A DNA stretch of 64,000 bases. Origin: Octopus sinensis. Lineage: Eukaryota. Both the position numbers and the translations under genes were made by a program. The notes beneath the pieces were generated by a model. The model had not been told where the DNA came from. It did no database searches and saw only the letters and a program-made list of their open reading frames with translations. The DNA lies in contig NC_043013.1 in assembly GCF_006345805.1 (NCBI RefSeq), positions 8,184,001 through 8,248,000 on the forward strand, given 5' to 3'. Of the stretch, positions 11,133 through 24,592 are shown one piece after another (the stretch's first letter is position 1; the number at the start of each line of letters is the position of its first letter).

Positions 11133-11730
11133 CACAGGTGTGGCTGTGTGGTAAGATGTTTTGCTTCCCAACTGTATGTTTCTTGGTTCAGTCCCACTGC
11201 ATGGCACCTTGGGCAAGTGTCTTCTATATAAAACCCAGTGCTTTGCGTCTGAATTCGATAGATGGAAACTGAAAGAAGCCCATAGTTGTATGTGTGTATG
11301 TGTGCATATCTAAATCTATGTATACTCTTTACTCTTTTACTTGTTTCAGTCATTTGACTGCGGTCATGCTGGAGCACCGCCTTTAGTCGAGCAAATCAAC
11401 CCCAGGACTTATTGTTTGTAAGCCTAGTACTTATTCTATCGGTCTCATTGCCGAACCGCTAAGTTACGGGGATGTAAACACACCAGCATCGGTTGTCAAG
11501 CAATGCTAGGGGGACAAACACAGACACACAAACATACACGCACATACATATATATATACATATATACAACGGGCTTCTTTCAGTTTCCGTCTACCAAATC
11601 CACTCACAAGGCTTTGGTCGGCCCGAGGCTATAGTAGAAGACACTTGCCCAAGATGCCACGCAGTGGGACTGAACCCTGAACCATGTGGTTGGTAAACAA
11701 GCTACTTACCACACAGCCACTCGTGCACCT
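11133..11730. mobile_element. Two SINE A copies in opposite orientation (5' half on +, 11133-11290; full copy on -, 11323-11730)
   Basis: Head and central domain on +, followed by tail-to-head sequence on -. Confidence 0.85.
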
Positions 11731-12572
11731 ATATATATATATATATATGATGTTTCTGGTTGACCTGACGCTATAGTTGAAGACACTCGTCCATGGTGTC
11801 ACACAGTGTGACTGAACTTGCGATCCGGAACCAAGTGGTTGAGAAGCAAACTTCTTACCACATTGCATTGCTGCATTTGAAAAGACAAAACAAAATGGAA
11901 AAGAAAATTATTAAGGTTAAAATGTTTAACCCTGGGTTATATTGAAACTCAGCCATTCAATATATTACATCAATATCTTACATCAATCTCAAAAATTATG
12001 AAACAAAAAAGCCTCACAATTAAAAAATCATAAAATTATTTTCTTCACTCTTTAATATCTAAAATTCAGCGATGATAATTTTTTTTTTTTTTTGTGGTGG
12101 GGGGGTCTGTTAACCTAATTTTTACAGTATTTGTCCTGTGTTTCATTTGTCATCAAGTGTCTTATTCCTGAGTATGTTCATTGTCCGATTCAAACAAAAG
12201 ATAATAGCTTTTGTTATCTCGTAAACCACTAAGCCATGTATTAATACAATTATTTATTCTAACTCAATTATTTAAATTTAATTTTTCAAGTAATGGCAGC
12301 CATGTTGAGCCGATGTCTGTGTTGAACTTCACTGTTTTGGGTTATCAGCAACTAACTACTATATAAACTGCTTCTTTGAGTTGTTGTTTATATTACTTAT
12401 ATATATACTAGTAGTCACACACACACACACACACACACACCACACACACACACACACACATATATTTATAAATACATACATATATATTTCGATAAACATG
12501 TATATATATGTATATATATATATATATATATACATGTTTATATATATATATATATATACACATGTTTATATA

Positions 12573-12622
<50 letters not shown>

Positions 12623-12671
12623 GTTATATATATATATAAACATACATATGTATGTATATTTATACACATGA

Positions 12672-12706
<35 letters not shown>

Positions 12707-12874
12707 TATATATATACACATATATGCACACATATACACACATATATTTGTATATATGTGTGTGCATGTGTATGTATATATATATATATATATATGAATA
12801 TATATATGTGTGTATTTATATATATATATTTATATATAAATATATATATAGATATATATATATATGAATTTATA

Positions 12875-12905
<31 letters not shown>

Positions 12906-12949
12906 GTATGCACACACACACTCTCACACACATAGACACACACACATTA

Positions 12950-13093
12950 TGTTTTGAAGATGAAGTTAATAGCCTGAAAAAATATTATCCTTCACCCTTG
13001 TCTGACATCTGCGGTTCTGTACCAGATCTTTATCTATTAAAGTTAGTGATAAATCATTCAATAGAATCACTAGTGTTTGAGGAAATCTGGTGA
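12950..13093 (+). pseudogene. Possible LRR relic
   Basis: Open stretch [43 protein letters not shown] with an LxxLxLxxNxIxxL-like pattern. Confidence 0.25.
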
Positions 13094-13522
13094 TGGTCTG
13101 CTTTGACTGGAATCAATATAGTCAAAGAGAAACAAAAAAGCAATGGGGTATGTTCGGGTACCAGGGGTGGGAGGAGGAGAGAGGTATCCAAAAGATGCAA
13201 GCAGGTCCTTTGTCTGAGAATGGAAGATATAGATCATACCATTCATTAAAGGATGTCCCAAAACATAATCAGTGACTCACTTTATAGTGGGTCAGCGATC
13301 AGGCTTCACTTATTTATAGATCTTGTGACCAGAGCATAATCTATGGTTTGAATTGGTAAAGGCAATAGTGAGCTGGACTGGACTAAAGTATTTAGTTCCA
13401 AAGATTTTGGGTATCTCGCTAGTTTGATTTCTAATCCAATATAGTGAGGTTCATGTCTTTGCTTGGCATTTTTCTTGATCAGTTCAAAGAATAGCAGGAA
13501 TACAGTATGTCATCATACGAGA

Positions 13523-14225
13523 GGAAGCGAGCTGGCAGAGTTATTAGCATGCTGGGTGGAATGCTTAGCAGCCTTTCATCTGTCTTTACATCCTGAGTTC
13601 AAATTCCGGCAGGGTCAACTTTACTTTGCATCCTTTCGGGGTCCATAAAATAAGTAAAAGTCGAGCACCAGGATTGATATAATCAATTTACTTCCTGCCC
13701 CCAAATTGCTGGCATTGTGCCAAAATTTGAAAGCAATATTTCATCATACTAAGGTGGTGATCTAGCAGAATCATTAGGTGGCGAGCTGGCAGAATCGTTA
13801 GCACACCGGGCGAAATTCATAGCTGTATTTTGTCTACCATCACATTCTGAGTTCAAATTTCGCTGAGGTCGACTTTGCCTTTTATCCTTTCGGGGTCGAT
13901 AAATTAAGTTCCAGTTACGCACTGGGGTTGATGTAATCAACTTAATCTGTTTGTCTGTCCTTGTTTGTCCCCTCTGTGTTTAGACCCTTGTGGGTAGTAA
14001 AGAAATAGGTATTTCGTCCGCCGTTATGTTCTGAGTTCAAATTTCGCCGAGGTCAACTTTGCCTTTCATCCTTTCGGGGTCGATAAATTAAGTACCAGTT
14101 TAGCACTGGGGTTGATGTATTCGACTTAATCCCTTTGTCTGTCCTTGTTTGTTCCTTCTGTGTTTAGCCCCTTGTGGGCAATAAAGAAACAAGAATCATT
14201 AGCACACAGGCAAAATGCTTAGCTG
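13523..14225 (+). mobile_element. Cluster of family B SINEs, including a multimeric copy
   Basis: Repeated gagctggcagaatc heads and three Meta-like modules. Confidence 0.85.
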
Positions 14226-14399
14226 CATTTAGTCGGCCTTAAGAGTCAGAGGTGCTGATAGTACAGGAGTCAGAGTTGGAGTCGAAGTTTTTCATTTCAA
14301 CTCCACAGCCCTGGTTTTATAGCTGTTATTATTTCTACTCTAACAAGACATGGTTGGAATGACTTTTGTAAATTTTTATTCCCCAAGACTAAGGTGCCC

Positions 14400-14680
14400 A
14401 CTGCCACTATTTTTTAAAACTTGTTCAAATGTCCACTTTTCCATACTTACACAAGCCACAGGAAGTTTACTGAAGCAAATTTTCTACTGCTGGATGTCCT
14501 TCCTGTTGCCAAGTTGCCATACTTACCTGTTTCCAAGCAAGGTAATATTTCCCCATGGCTAGACATGTTTTTGACAAATATTGGAACTGAATGACACTGC
14601 TTGTATGACAGTAACACTCATTTATGACTATTATGTAACATCAAATATCAAGACAAAGTGACACAAACATTCACATAGTT
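14400..14680. mobile_element. Dispersed repeat family G
   Basis: gtaatatttcc..atggc.agacatgtttt...cactgcttgtatgacagt recurs at about 33930-34110 and 49915-50110. Confidence 0.65.
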
Positions 14681-14719
14681 ACCACTACTCACTCAAACAC
14701 AAACACCTCCCCCCCCACA

Positions 14720-15025
14720 CATAAAAAGTACCATGCTGGTGTCACATAAAAAACACCTATGCTAGTACCATGTAGGAAAGCACTCATGTCAGTGCCATGT
14801 AAAGAACACCTGTGCTGGTGCCACATAAAAAGCACCTGGTACATTCTCTAAAGTGGTTGGTATTAGGAAAAGCATCCAGCCATAAAAACCATGCCCAAAA
14901 CTGATAAGTTGAACCCTCTAGTTTGCCAGCTCCTGTCAAACTGTGCAACCCATGCCAGCATGGAAAATGGACATTAGGTGGTGGTGGTGGCGGTGGTGGT
15001 GGCAGTGGTGGTGATGATGATGATA
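14720..15025 (+). mobile_element. Family C (RTE 3' end) copy
   Basis: gtggttggtattaggaaaagcatccagc...caacccatgccagcatggaaaatggac followed by a trinucleotide tail. Confidence 0.75.
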
Positions 15026-15039
15026 AGGGAAGGGTGTTT

Positions 15040-15475
15040 GTTTAGTTTCTTATTTCCTTATTGCCCACAAGGGGCTAAACGTAGAGGGGACATACAAGGA
15101 CAGACAAAGAGTTTAAGTCGATTACATTGACCTTAGTGGGTAACTGGTACTTAATTTATTGACCCCAAAAGGATGAAAGGCAAAGTCGACCTCAGCAGAA
15201 TTTGAACTCAGAACGTAAAGACAAATGAAATACCTATTTCTTTATTACCCTCAAGGGGCTAAACACAGAGGGAACAAACAAGGACAGACAAAGAGTTTAA
15301 GTCGATTACATTGACCCCAGTGGGTAACTGGTACTTAATTTATCGACCCTGAAAGGACGAAAGGCAAAGTCGACCTCAGCGGAATTTGAACTCAGAATGT
15401 AAAGACAAAAGAAATACTGCTAAACATTTCGCCCGGCGTGCTAACGTTTCTGCCAACTCACTGCCTTCTTTTCTT
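15040..15475 (-). mobile_element. Multimeric family B SINE
   Basis: Two tandem Meta-like modules plus head. Confidence 0.85.
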
Positions 15476-15536
15476 TTAGTTTTTTTAGTTTCTGTCTATC
15501 AAATCCATTCACAAGGCTTTTGTCAGTGAATGTTTA

Positions 15537-15786
15537 CAGTGGAGTCAGAGGTGCCAATAATACAGGAGTCAGAGGTGCCAATAGTACAGGAGTCAGAGGT
15601 GCCAATAGTACAGGAGTCAGAGGTGCCAATAGTACAGGAGTCAGAGGTGCCAATAGTACAGGAGTCAGAGGTTCCAATAATACAGGAGTCAGAGGTTCCA
15701 ATAGTACAGGAGTTAGAGGTTCCAATAGTACAGGAGTTAGAGGTGCCAATAGTACAGGAGTGAGAGGTGCCAATAGTACAGGAGTC
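15537..15786. repeat. 24-bp minisatellite, about 10 copies
   Basis: Unit tacaggagtcagaggtgccaatag; explains the GVRGANST-repeat ORFs. Confidence 0.95.
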
Positions 15787-16968
15787 CTTGTTTGTCCCCT
15801 CTATGTATAGCCCCTTGTAGGCAATAAAGAAATAAGAAACTAAAAACTTGCCCTAAGTTTCACATAATGGGACTGAACCCAAAACCATGTGGTTGGGAAG
15901 CAGTTATCTTAACCACACTGCCATGTCTGCACCTAAGTATATATATATTTTTTTCTTTTATTATTGAGAAAGAGACACACACACACACAGAAGCTATATC
16001 CAGCAAATCAAATGATTACATAGAGATTCCACTGACTCAGTTCCTATTTGGTAGGTAAATAATGTCTGATGCACGGAAGTCTTCTATGACAAAGAAAGGG
16101 AAAAAAAACAAGACAAAACAAAACAAAAAAAAAAAAAAAAAAAAAACAAACAAAATAAACACTGACATTACCATTTTTAGATATGTTTACAGTACCATCA
16201 TTGTCTCCACCTTTTGTCATCATCTTCCATCAGATGAAGTCGTACAAGACAAATACCAGATTGAAGATGATGATGTTTTGTTTGTTTTATTTACTCTTGT
16301 TTTATTTTGCTATTTATCTTGTGTCTTCTTCCTCTTTGTCTCAGTTCTTTTATTTGTTTTTATATATATTTATATATTTACATGAATATCATTAAACAAG
16401 AATAGCGAAGGCTATTTTAATCTCATCATAAATTATACATGCGCTGTTGAACAATTAGAGCTGGTGTGATTCTTATTAGTAACCAAACTGAAATTGTTTA
16501 GTTACTATTGAGGAAAACGGCTCTTCAGTTTATAATGCACTGCATGGGAAGAGCTGCTTCCATAATGGCCATTAGACCTGAACTATGGAGATGGTATTTT
16601 AGTTGCATGATTTCCACCTTAAACAGCTGCTTGTGGGGAAATACACATACATAAACATACACACACAACTCACACAGACACACACACAGACATGTTCACA
16701 TTTAATACGTACACACATACGAAAATCTACATTCATATAAATGCGCATATATGCATTTACACTCATACAAGTGGTTGCATACATATATATGTATGTATGT
16801 GTGTATATATATTATATATATATGCATATATATATGCATATTTGTATATATGTACACACATACACACACACACTCACACAAACACACATACACATACATA
16901 TATGTGTGTTTATATATATGTGTGTTTATATATATGTATGTATATATATATATATATGTATGTATGTG

Positions 16969-17007
<39 letters not shown>

Positions 17008-17045
17008 TGTGTGTGTGTGTGTGTGTGCATATATATATGTATGTA

Positions 17046-17085
<40 letters not shown>

Positions 17086-17472
17086 GATGATTCTGTATAC
17101 GTGTGTATATGTATGTGTGTGTGTCTGAGTAAATACTCACACACACATATAGAGATATTGCTAGACTGCATCTATTATTCTGAGGCTACTCACATACACA
17201 CACACATACACGCACATACACACATACATATAGGTAGATGAATCTATATATATGTGTGAGCATACTTATATGTGTGTGTGTGTCTGGGTACATACACGCA
17301 TGCACACATACATATAGTGACATTGCTAGACTGCATCTACTGGTCAGAGGCTATGCAGACACACTCACATGCACACGCACGTACACAGATGGTTAGGCTG
17401 CGTTTCAATATGTAAGGCTATGTAAACTAAAATATTTATCTGTATTTATATATGTGTGTGTGTGTGTGTATA

Positions 17473-17790
17473 TCTTCGCTTCAGGACCAGTTACTGCAAA
17501 AGCTTGGGTTTCAAGGGCCCACAGCTTTTTAATATTCTCCCAAAGAGTCTGAGGAGCTTGCACAAAGTAGATGTAGGGGTTTTTAAATCAAAGCTGGACC
17601 TCTTCTTGTCGAGAGTCCCAGATAAACCTACCTCACAGCAGGAGGTGCAAATGAGGGTTGCTATATCAAACTCTATTCTTCACCAAGTGCCACATATTAG
17701 AGGAGGCTCCTAATAATAACAGTGTAGCACAAAATGGCGGTGCACCAGCATGGCCGCAGCTCTGAGCTGAAACTAGAGAGAAACAAAAAA
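17473..17790 (+). mobile_element. CR1/Crack-like LINE 3' end (ORF2 C-terminus plus 3' UTR)
   Basis: SLGFKGPQLFNILPKSLRSLHKVDVGVFKSKLDLFLSRVPDKP...AISNSILHQ is the typical C-terminus of CR1-group ORF2. Confidence 0.8.
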
Positions 17791-17869
<79 letters not shown>

Positions 17870-18370
17870 GTATATGTATATATAACCATAAGCGTGTATG
17901 TATTCATCTATGTACATATGTATGTGTGTGCACATATATGTGTGCATCCATATTTGTGTGCATGTACGTGTGTCTATGTATGTGAACTCTCACACACAGG
18001 TATTGTTGAAGTTATATTTGTAAGTGTATATGTCTATGGTTTCATATATATATATGGAGGGATATCTTCTGGATCAGTATGGTTGTACATAGTTCAATTG
18101 TATGAAACTATATTTGTTGACACACATACATACACATGTTTTCTTTATACTTCCCACCTCTGAAGTATATATATATATATATATATAATATATATATATA
18201 TACAAAGGAACCACCTTTGTGGTGTGAGGTGGTTTCTTCTGCAATGTGGGGTGCATATGATTCAATTACATCATTCCCCATCCACTAGAGAGCAGTGCAG
18301 AAGTAAACTGAAATGATTGTTGTTCTAAATAAAGCTTCCAGTACATTCTGTCTTCCGTATTAATCATTTA

Positions 18371-18399
<29 letters not shown>

Positions 18400-18404
<5 letters not shown>

Positions 18405-18625
18405 CTTTATTGCCCACAGGGGGATAAACATAGAGGGTACAAACAAGGACAGACAAAGGGATTAAGTCGATTGCATAGACCCCAGTGCGTAACTGGTACT
18501 TATTTAATCAACCCCGAAAGGATGAAAGGCAAAGTTGACCTCGGCAGAACTGAGAACGTAACGGCAGATGAAATACCGCTAAGTATTTTGCCTAGTGTAC
18601 TAATGATTCTGCCAGCTCGCCGCCC
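18400..18625 (-). mobile_element. Family B SINE
   Basis: Monomeric head, Meta-like module and tail. Confidence 0.85.
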
Positions 18626-18648
18626 TTGTATATACACACACACACACA

Positions 18649-18865
18649 CAGAAGGGGTGCTGAAAAGTTCCTGGCTTTAAGGGTATTCCGAAAGGCCTGG
18701 TTGGAAACCCAACCTTCCAAGTTCTTTTACAGGGCTTAGAAAAACTGAAGGACCACTGCAATAAGTGTGTGAAACTGAGATGGAAATATGTTGGACAAAA
18801 TCATAATTAACTGACTTTCCTGTATTCTGTTTTACCCAAGCCCAGGAACATCACCCCAGCTCATA
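18649..18865 (+). mobile_element. Mariner-derived MITE
   Basis: Terminal gaaggggtgctgaaaagttcctggc with a degenerate inverted end (gcccaggaac..); internal LQGLEKLKDHCNKCVKLRWKYV resembles the mariner transposase C-terminus. Confidence 0.65.
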
Positions 18866-19039
18866 TATATATATATATAACATTGCAAGTTATATAGGTG
18901 TTTGTGTGTGTGTACATATTAATCATAGTATACCATATTATAGATGTGCCTTAGCTGATTTTACCAATCAGTTGCACATTGGGCATTAGATGACTGGATG
19001 TTATATAACAGTGTGACACTTGGTACCATGTGTATATAT

Positions 19040-19200
19040 ATATACGATAGGCTTCTTTCAGTTTCCATCTACTGAATACACTCTTGTGGCTTTGGTCAGC
19101 CTATGGCTATAGTAGAATACACTTGCCCAAGTTGCCACACGGTAGGACTGAACCCAAGGCGCCATGGTTGAAAAGCAAGCTTCTTAACCAGACAGCCACG
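19040..19200 (-). mobile_element. SINE A, 5' half
   Basis: Central domain plus head. Confidence 0.8.
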
Positions 19201-19434
19201 ACTACAACAATGTTTTGTTTTAGTTTTTCTTGAATGTGTGATGTGTACCAGGAGTGCTGACATATAGGAAGAACACTCACGGGGAAGTACAATTGTCAGC
19301 AAGTTTTGTATTGTCTAGTCATTGTTTTACCATGGTAACCACATAGCAATACATCAATTATATTTAAAATTCCCCGAGCCAGGCAGGAGTTCTCATGCTG
19401 CGAAACGATATTCTCTCTAATTAAAGAAATTATT

Positions 19435-19479
<45 letters not shown>

Positions 19480-19486
19480 TATATAT

Positions 19487-19538
<52 letters not shown>

Positions 19539-19549
19539 GTGTGGGAGTG

Positions 19550-19647
<98 letters not shown>

Positions 19648-20357
19648 GTACATATATATTTATGCATTCATGTATATATGTGTCTGTAAACTATGTGTTT
19701 GTATATGTGGTTATGTATATACATAAATATACAGACACACACACATACACACACACACACACTACACACACATATGCAATCACACACAATATAACTCATG
19801 CACAGCCATACACACACATACATTAAATTTAATCAGTACATCACTTTCTACAAGATATAACAAGCAGTTGTGTCTTCAATCAACTATTTTCACGGGAGAC
19901 ATTGAATATGAAGCACCACTCTCAGCATATCATAATCTCTCAATTGATCAGCATAAATTTTGAATAACATTAACTCCTAACAAGAGAGGTCTCTATCAAG
20001 GGAGTTAACAATTAACAAGTTTTTGTGTAATATATTCCATTATATTTTATTTTTATTATATTTTATTTTATTTTATTTTACTTTATTTTATTTTATTTTA
20101 TTTTCTATCATTGTCCTCTGTTTCTTACTTAGGTAAGCCACATATCTGGTGATGTTGATATGAGACAAATCTTGCACTGATCTGTGAGATGAAGAAGTGA
20201 TGGTGCAAATGCAGTTCCTTCCTGAACTCGTGTGTGGATGTATTAGCAACTAATGAAGTAAGATTACGCATGAAATTATAAATACATATAAACGCACATA
20301 CATACTTGTATATATGTATATATATGTGTGTGTATATATGTATGTATGTATATATAT

Positions 20358-20434
<77 letters not shown>

Positions 20435-20445
20435 TATATATACAT

Positions 20446-20835
20446 AGGTGCAGGAGTGGCTGTGTGGTAAGTAGCTTGCTTACCAACCACATGGTTCTGG
20501 GTTCAGTCCCACTGCGTGGCACTTTGGGCAAGTGTCCTCTACTATAGCCTCAGGCTGACCAAAGCATTGTGAAAGAATTTGGTAGATGGAAACTGAAAGA
20601 GTCCATTGAATATATATATATATATATATATGAGTGTGTATATATCTGTGTTTCTCCCCCAACATCACTTGACAACCAATACTGGTGTGTTTACATCCCT
20701 GTAACTTAGCGGTTCGGGAAAAGAGTCCGATAGAATAAGTACTAGGCTTACAAAGAATAAGTCTTGGGTTGATTTACTTGACTAAAAGTAGTGCTCCAGC
20801 ATGGCTGCAGTCAAATGACTGAAACTAATAAAAGA
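20446..20835 (+). mobile_element. SINE family A, full length
   Basis: Head aggagtggctgtgtggtaag, central ccttgggcaagtgtc...gaaactgaaag domain, (TA)n, and tail ending tgactgaaac. Confidence 0.9.
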
Positions 20836-21589
20836 ATGAAAGCATAACAGAATATATATACTTGTCTAAATGTATATATGTATATTTGTGTATATATATA
20901 TATATGAAGGTATATATTTTTATACATATATGTATAAAGATATATATAAATACATGTTGATATATATATATATATATTTATATGCATTCATACATATATA
21001 AAAACATTATTAGATACATAGATATATATAATGCTTGCCCCACCTTGTCAGATGATAGCTGTCTCATGTTAAATGAATTGTGAGACATCTGTATATATTT
21101 TGACTGCAAATTTCATGTCAAAATATTTTTCTCTTAGAAAAGTTACCTTCCCCTTGGTTTTTCCAAAAATAACAAGGGCCTCCTCTTGCCATGGAAATCT
21201 AGTTAACCCATAGGTGGTTAATCCTGACAGGTGCTACCATCCTAGGTCAGAATGGACGTGGAAGTAATTGTAATTAAGATCTGACCTCTCTCTTGTCACA
21301 ACTCCATACGTACATTTATGTGTGTATATAAACATTGTTGAACCATAAATACCTTCACAGTTTTTTTCTCTCTCCATTTCTTTCCTCTCAACCCTTTCGG
21401 ATGATGAGCATAGGCTCGAAATGCCAAAGGCTTTTCCATTCTTCCTGGGTATCAAACTAATACAGCTGCTTCGTTTTCCCTCACTTTGTCTTTTGTTTTC
21501 TGTAAATTTGAACTACATACACACACAAACACATACACACATACGCATATAACATTTACACACACACACACATATATGTGTGTGTGTGT

Positions 21590-21870
21590 GTGGAGGCGCC
21601 TGGCCTAGTGGTTAGAGTAGCAGACTCGCGATCACGGGATCACGGGTTTGAATCCCAGACAGGGCGATGTGTGTGTTTATGAGTGAAACACCTAAGCCCC
21701 ATGCGGCTCCAGCAGAAGGTAATGTGACTCTTTCGCCACAACTTTCTCTCACTCTTTCCTCCTGCATCTTGCAGCTCACTTGCGACGGACCGGCGTCCCG
21801 TCCAGGTGGGGAACCTCTACGCTAAGGAAACTGGGAAACTGGCTCTATGAGCCATGCATGGCTTGAGAAG
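21590..21870 (+). mobile_element. Family E tRNA-derived SINE with V-domain-like segment
   Basis: A and B boxes; gcgacggaccggcgtcccgtccagg segment as in 352-662. Confidence 0.8.
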
Positions 21871-22252
21871 GAACAAACAATATATATATATATATACATA
21901 GAGAGAGAGAGAGAGATAGACAGATACATAGATACACATGCATGTATAAATTTGTATATATATATATGTACACATATATGTATATTTGTAAATACATTGT
22001 GGAATTGTGTATACAAGTGGGCAAATGCCTCTTAGTGCATAAAAATATAATCTCAACAATTCACCTGTTTTTATAATGTTGAATAAGTTTCATGCGTGCA
22101 CTTTAATTATCAATTTATTTCATTCACTTGCTTGTACTATCTACGATTGTATATATGCAATTTTATATGGGCAATTACACTCAATACTCATGTATAAGTA
22201 TATACATGTTCTTATGAGAATGTCAACATAGTCTATAGTGGCACACATAATA

Positions 22253-22645
22253 TCTTTATATATAAAAGTAAGGTTGTGTGTCTGTCTCCTACGATTTAGA
22301 TTCCTAACTACTCCCACATTTTGCGGTGCAGTTTAACCAAAACCGGGTATCTTATAGTCGTAATTCATATCGAGCCCTTCTGGGTATTAGCGCGCATCTA
22401 CGATAAGTCTACGATTTAAAAAATAATTTACCATCATTTTTTTCCATTTTAATGCATTTTTTCGCTAAGGAAGTAACTCTCTAAAAATGTCTACGATGAG
22501 TCAACGATTTAAAAAAAAATTTACCATCATTTTTTTTTTCCATTTTTAATGCATTTTTTTGCTATCTTTTTGGCTATGACTCTCTAAAAATGCCTATATA
22601 GTTATTTCCCTTACAAACCCGAGCAACGCTGGGCGATACTGCTAG
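22253..22645 (+). mobile_element. Non-autonomous Helitron
   Basis: 5' TC, 3' hairpin cccgagcaacgctggg then CTAG, inserted between A and T with no TSD; second copy at 55333-55846. Confidence 0.85.
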
Positions 22646-22657
22646 TATAGTATAAAC

Positions 22658-22752
22658 GTGCAGTACAAACATTCAAATAATGTCTCTATCGTTCTAATTT
22701 CTGCTGCATTTCACTTGAAAATTTTGGTCTTCCATTATTATCTTGGTGTTTA
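22658..22752 (+). pseudogene. Possible transmembrane relic paralogous to 43470-43550 and 44331-44430
   Basis: NNVSIVLISAAFHLKILVFHYY shares an S-I/V-L-I...FHL..K.I.F pattern with the other two segments. Confidence 0.25.
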
Positions 22753-23178
22753 AGTCAACCATTCATATTTGGCTGTAAATTTTGGCCTGAACAGTTTGCT
22801 TTATATACTAGAAAATACAGTATTAAACAGTAAGTTATTTGCCTGTGGGTTTTTCCACCAATTCCCACTGATAAGCTACTTATCCAAATGCGAATTATCT
22901 TACTCTGAAGAAACATATCTCATCTGGTTTTAAATTTTTAACTATTTTCAACTCTACCTCCCGTGAGAGTGATCTCCCTTGTTTTTATATTAGCATAATA
23001 CCAACAGGATATTTGTTCTGACCAATCAGAAGATTATGTTCCACCCACCAAGCTGCTTGTTTGTTGTGTGCCTGGTCAAAATGATTGGCTGGAGATACAG
23101 ACATATATTATACCCTAATGAAACTCGCTGTTTTCACCCAGTTCGATTTAGGCTTCCAGAGCTGATACACACAGCATA

Positions 23179-23234
<56 letters not shown>

Positions 23235-23300
23235 CACATACGCACACACGCACACACACATACATATGTATGCATATTTCTATGTATACCTATGCATTTG

Positions 23301-23334
<34 letters not shown>

Positions 23335-23540
23335 GCACACACACACACACATACATATGTTTGTATATTTCTATGTATATCTATGCCTTTGTGTGTGTGT
23401 ATATATATATATATATATGTATTATGCTCATAGGTAATTACGTAAGATGATGCTCATCAGAATACCTGATATACATACATACATGCATGCATGCATAGAT
23501 ACATACATACATACATATATACACACACACACACATGTAT

Positions 23541-23573
<33 letters not shown>

Positions 23574-24106
23574 CATACATATACACATCCATGCATACAC
23601 ACACACATGTATACACACACACATGTATACACATACATATATATATATACATATACACATACATATACACATCCATGCATGCTTACACAAAATGGCACAC
23701 TGGCATAAACACATACATACCTATAAGCGAACTGCAGTACTCTCCTATATAAACTTAAGTATTCATACACACATTCTTGTGTGAGCTGTGTTAAGTTAAA
23801 ACTTACTTGAGATGCAAAATCTATATTTAATAGTTCTGCATATAATAGCAAAAAGAAAAAAAAAAGCAAATAAAAAAAGAAATCTATAGCAAAACATCAT
23901 GTATGTTGAAGCAAAAGAACTGCCGTGTCATATTTATACATTTAATCCTCGCGGATTTAAAAAACTTACTCCTCTCATACCTCTTACTGCAATGAAATCA
24001 GATTAGATTTTTAAATACAGGGCCTCAGGACAATGGGCTTGTCCCTCCGTATGAGATAAGCCCCTCCCTGTTGCATAATGAGAAGGAAAGAGAAAATGAT
24101 GCATGT

Positions 24107-24186
<80 letters not shown>

Positions 24187-24394
24187 AATATAGATATAGA
24201 TATGGATATAAATAGATACACACACACACACACACGCATATATATATATATATATATATAGATATAGATATAGGTATATATATATAGATAAATATATACA
24301 TATATATAGATATACATATGTGTATGTATATATATGTATATGTGTGTGTGTTTGTGTATATATATATATGTATATCTATTTATCTATCTGTCTG

Positions 24395-24439
<45 letters not shown>

Positions 24440-24461
24440 ATATATATATATATATATATAT

Positions 24462-24557
24462 ACTGGAGCCTGGTGCAGCCTTCTGGCTTCTCAGATCCCT
24501 GGTCGAACTGTCCAACCCATGCTAGCATGGAGAATGGACTTTAAACGATGATGATGA

Positions 24558-24560
<3 letters not shown>
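24462..24560 (+). mobile_element. Family C 3' terminus
   Basis: ggagcctggtgcagcc...ccatgctagcatgg...(GAT)n. Confidence 0.85.

Positions 24561-24592
<32 letters not shown>

Noticed and set aside
15520-15810. GVRGANST / ESEVPIVQ repeat proteins, or a CRISPR-like array
   Set aside because: Head-to-tail 24-bp minisatellite with no spacers, open in several frames on both strands, and embedded in SINE fragments.
20131-20255. Exon with strong-looking splice sites on both strands
   Set aside because: The + strand has stops in all frames; the - strand is open in two frames but gives no recognisable peptide and has no partner exon.
22890-22940. Additional hammerhead (ctgaaga...)
   Set aside because: The GAAA core is absent (ttaaa); too degenerate to call.
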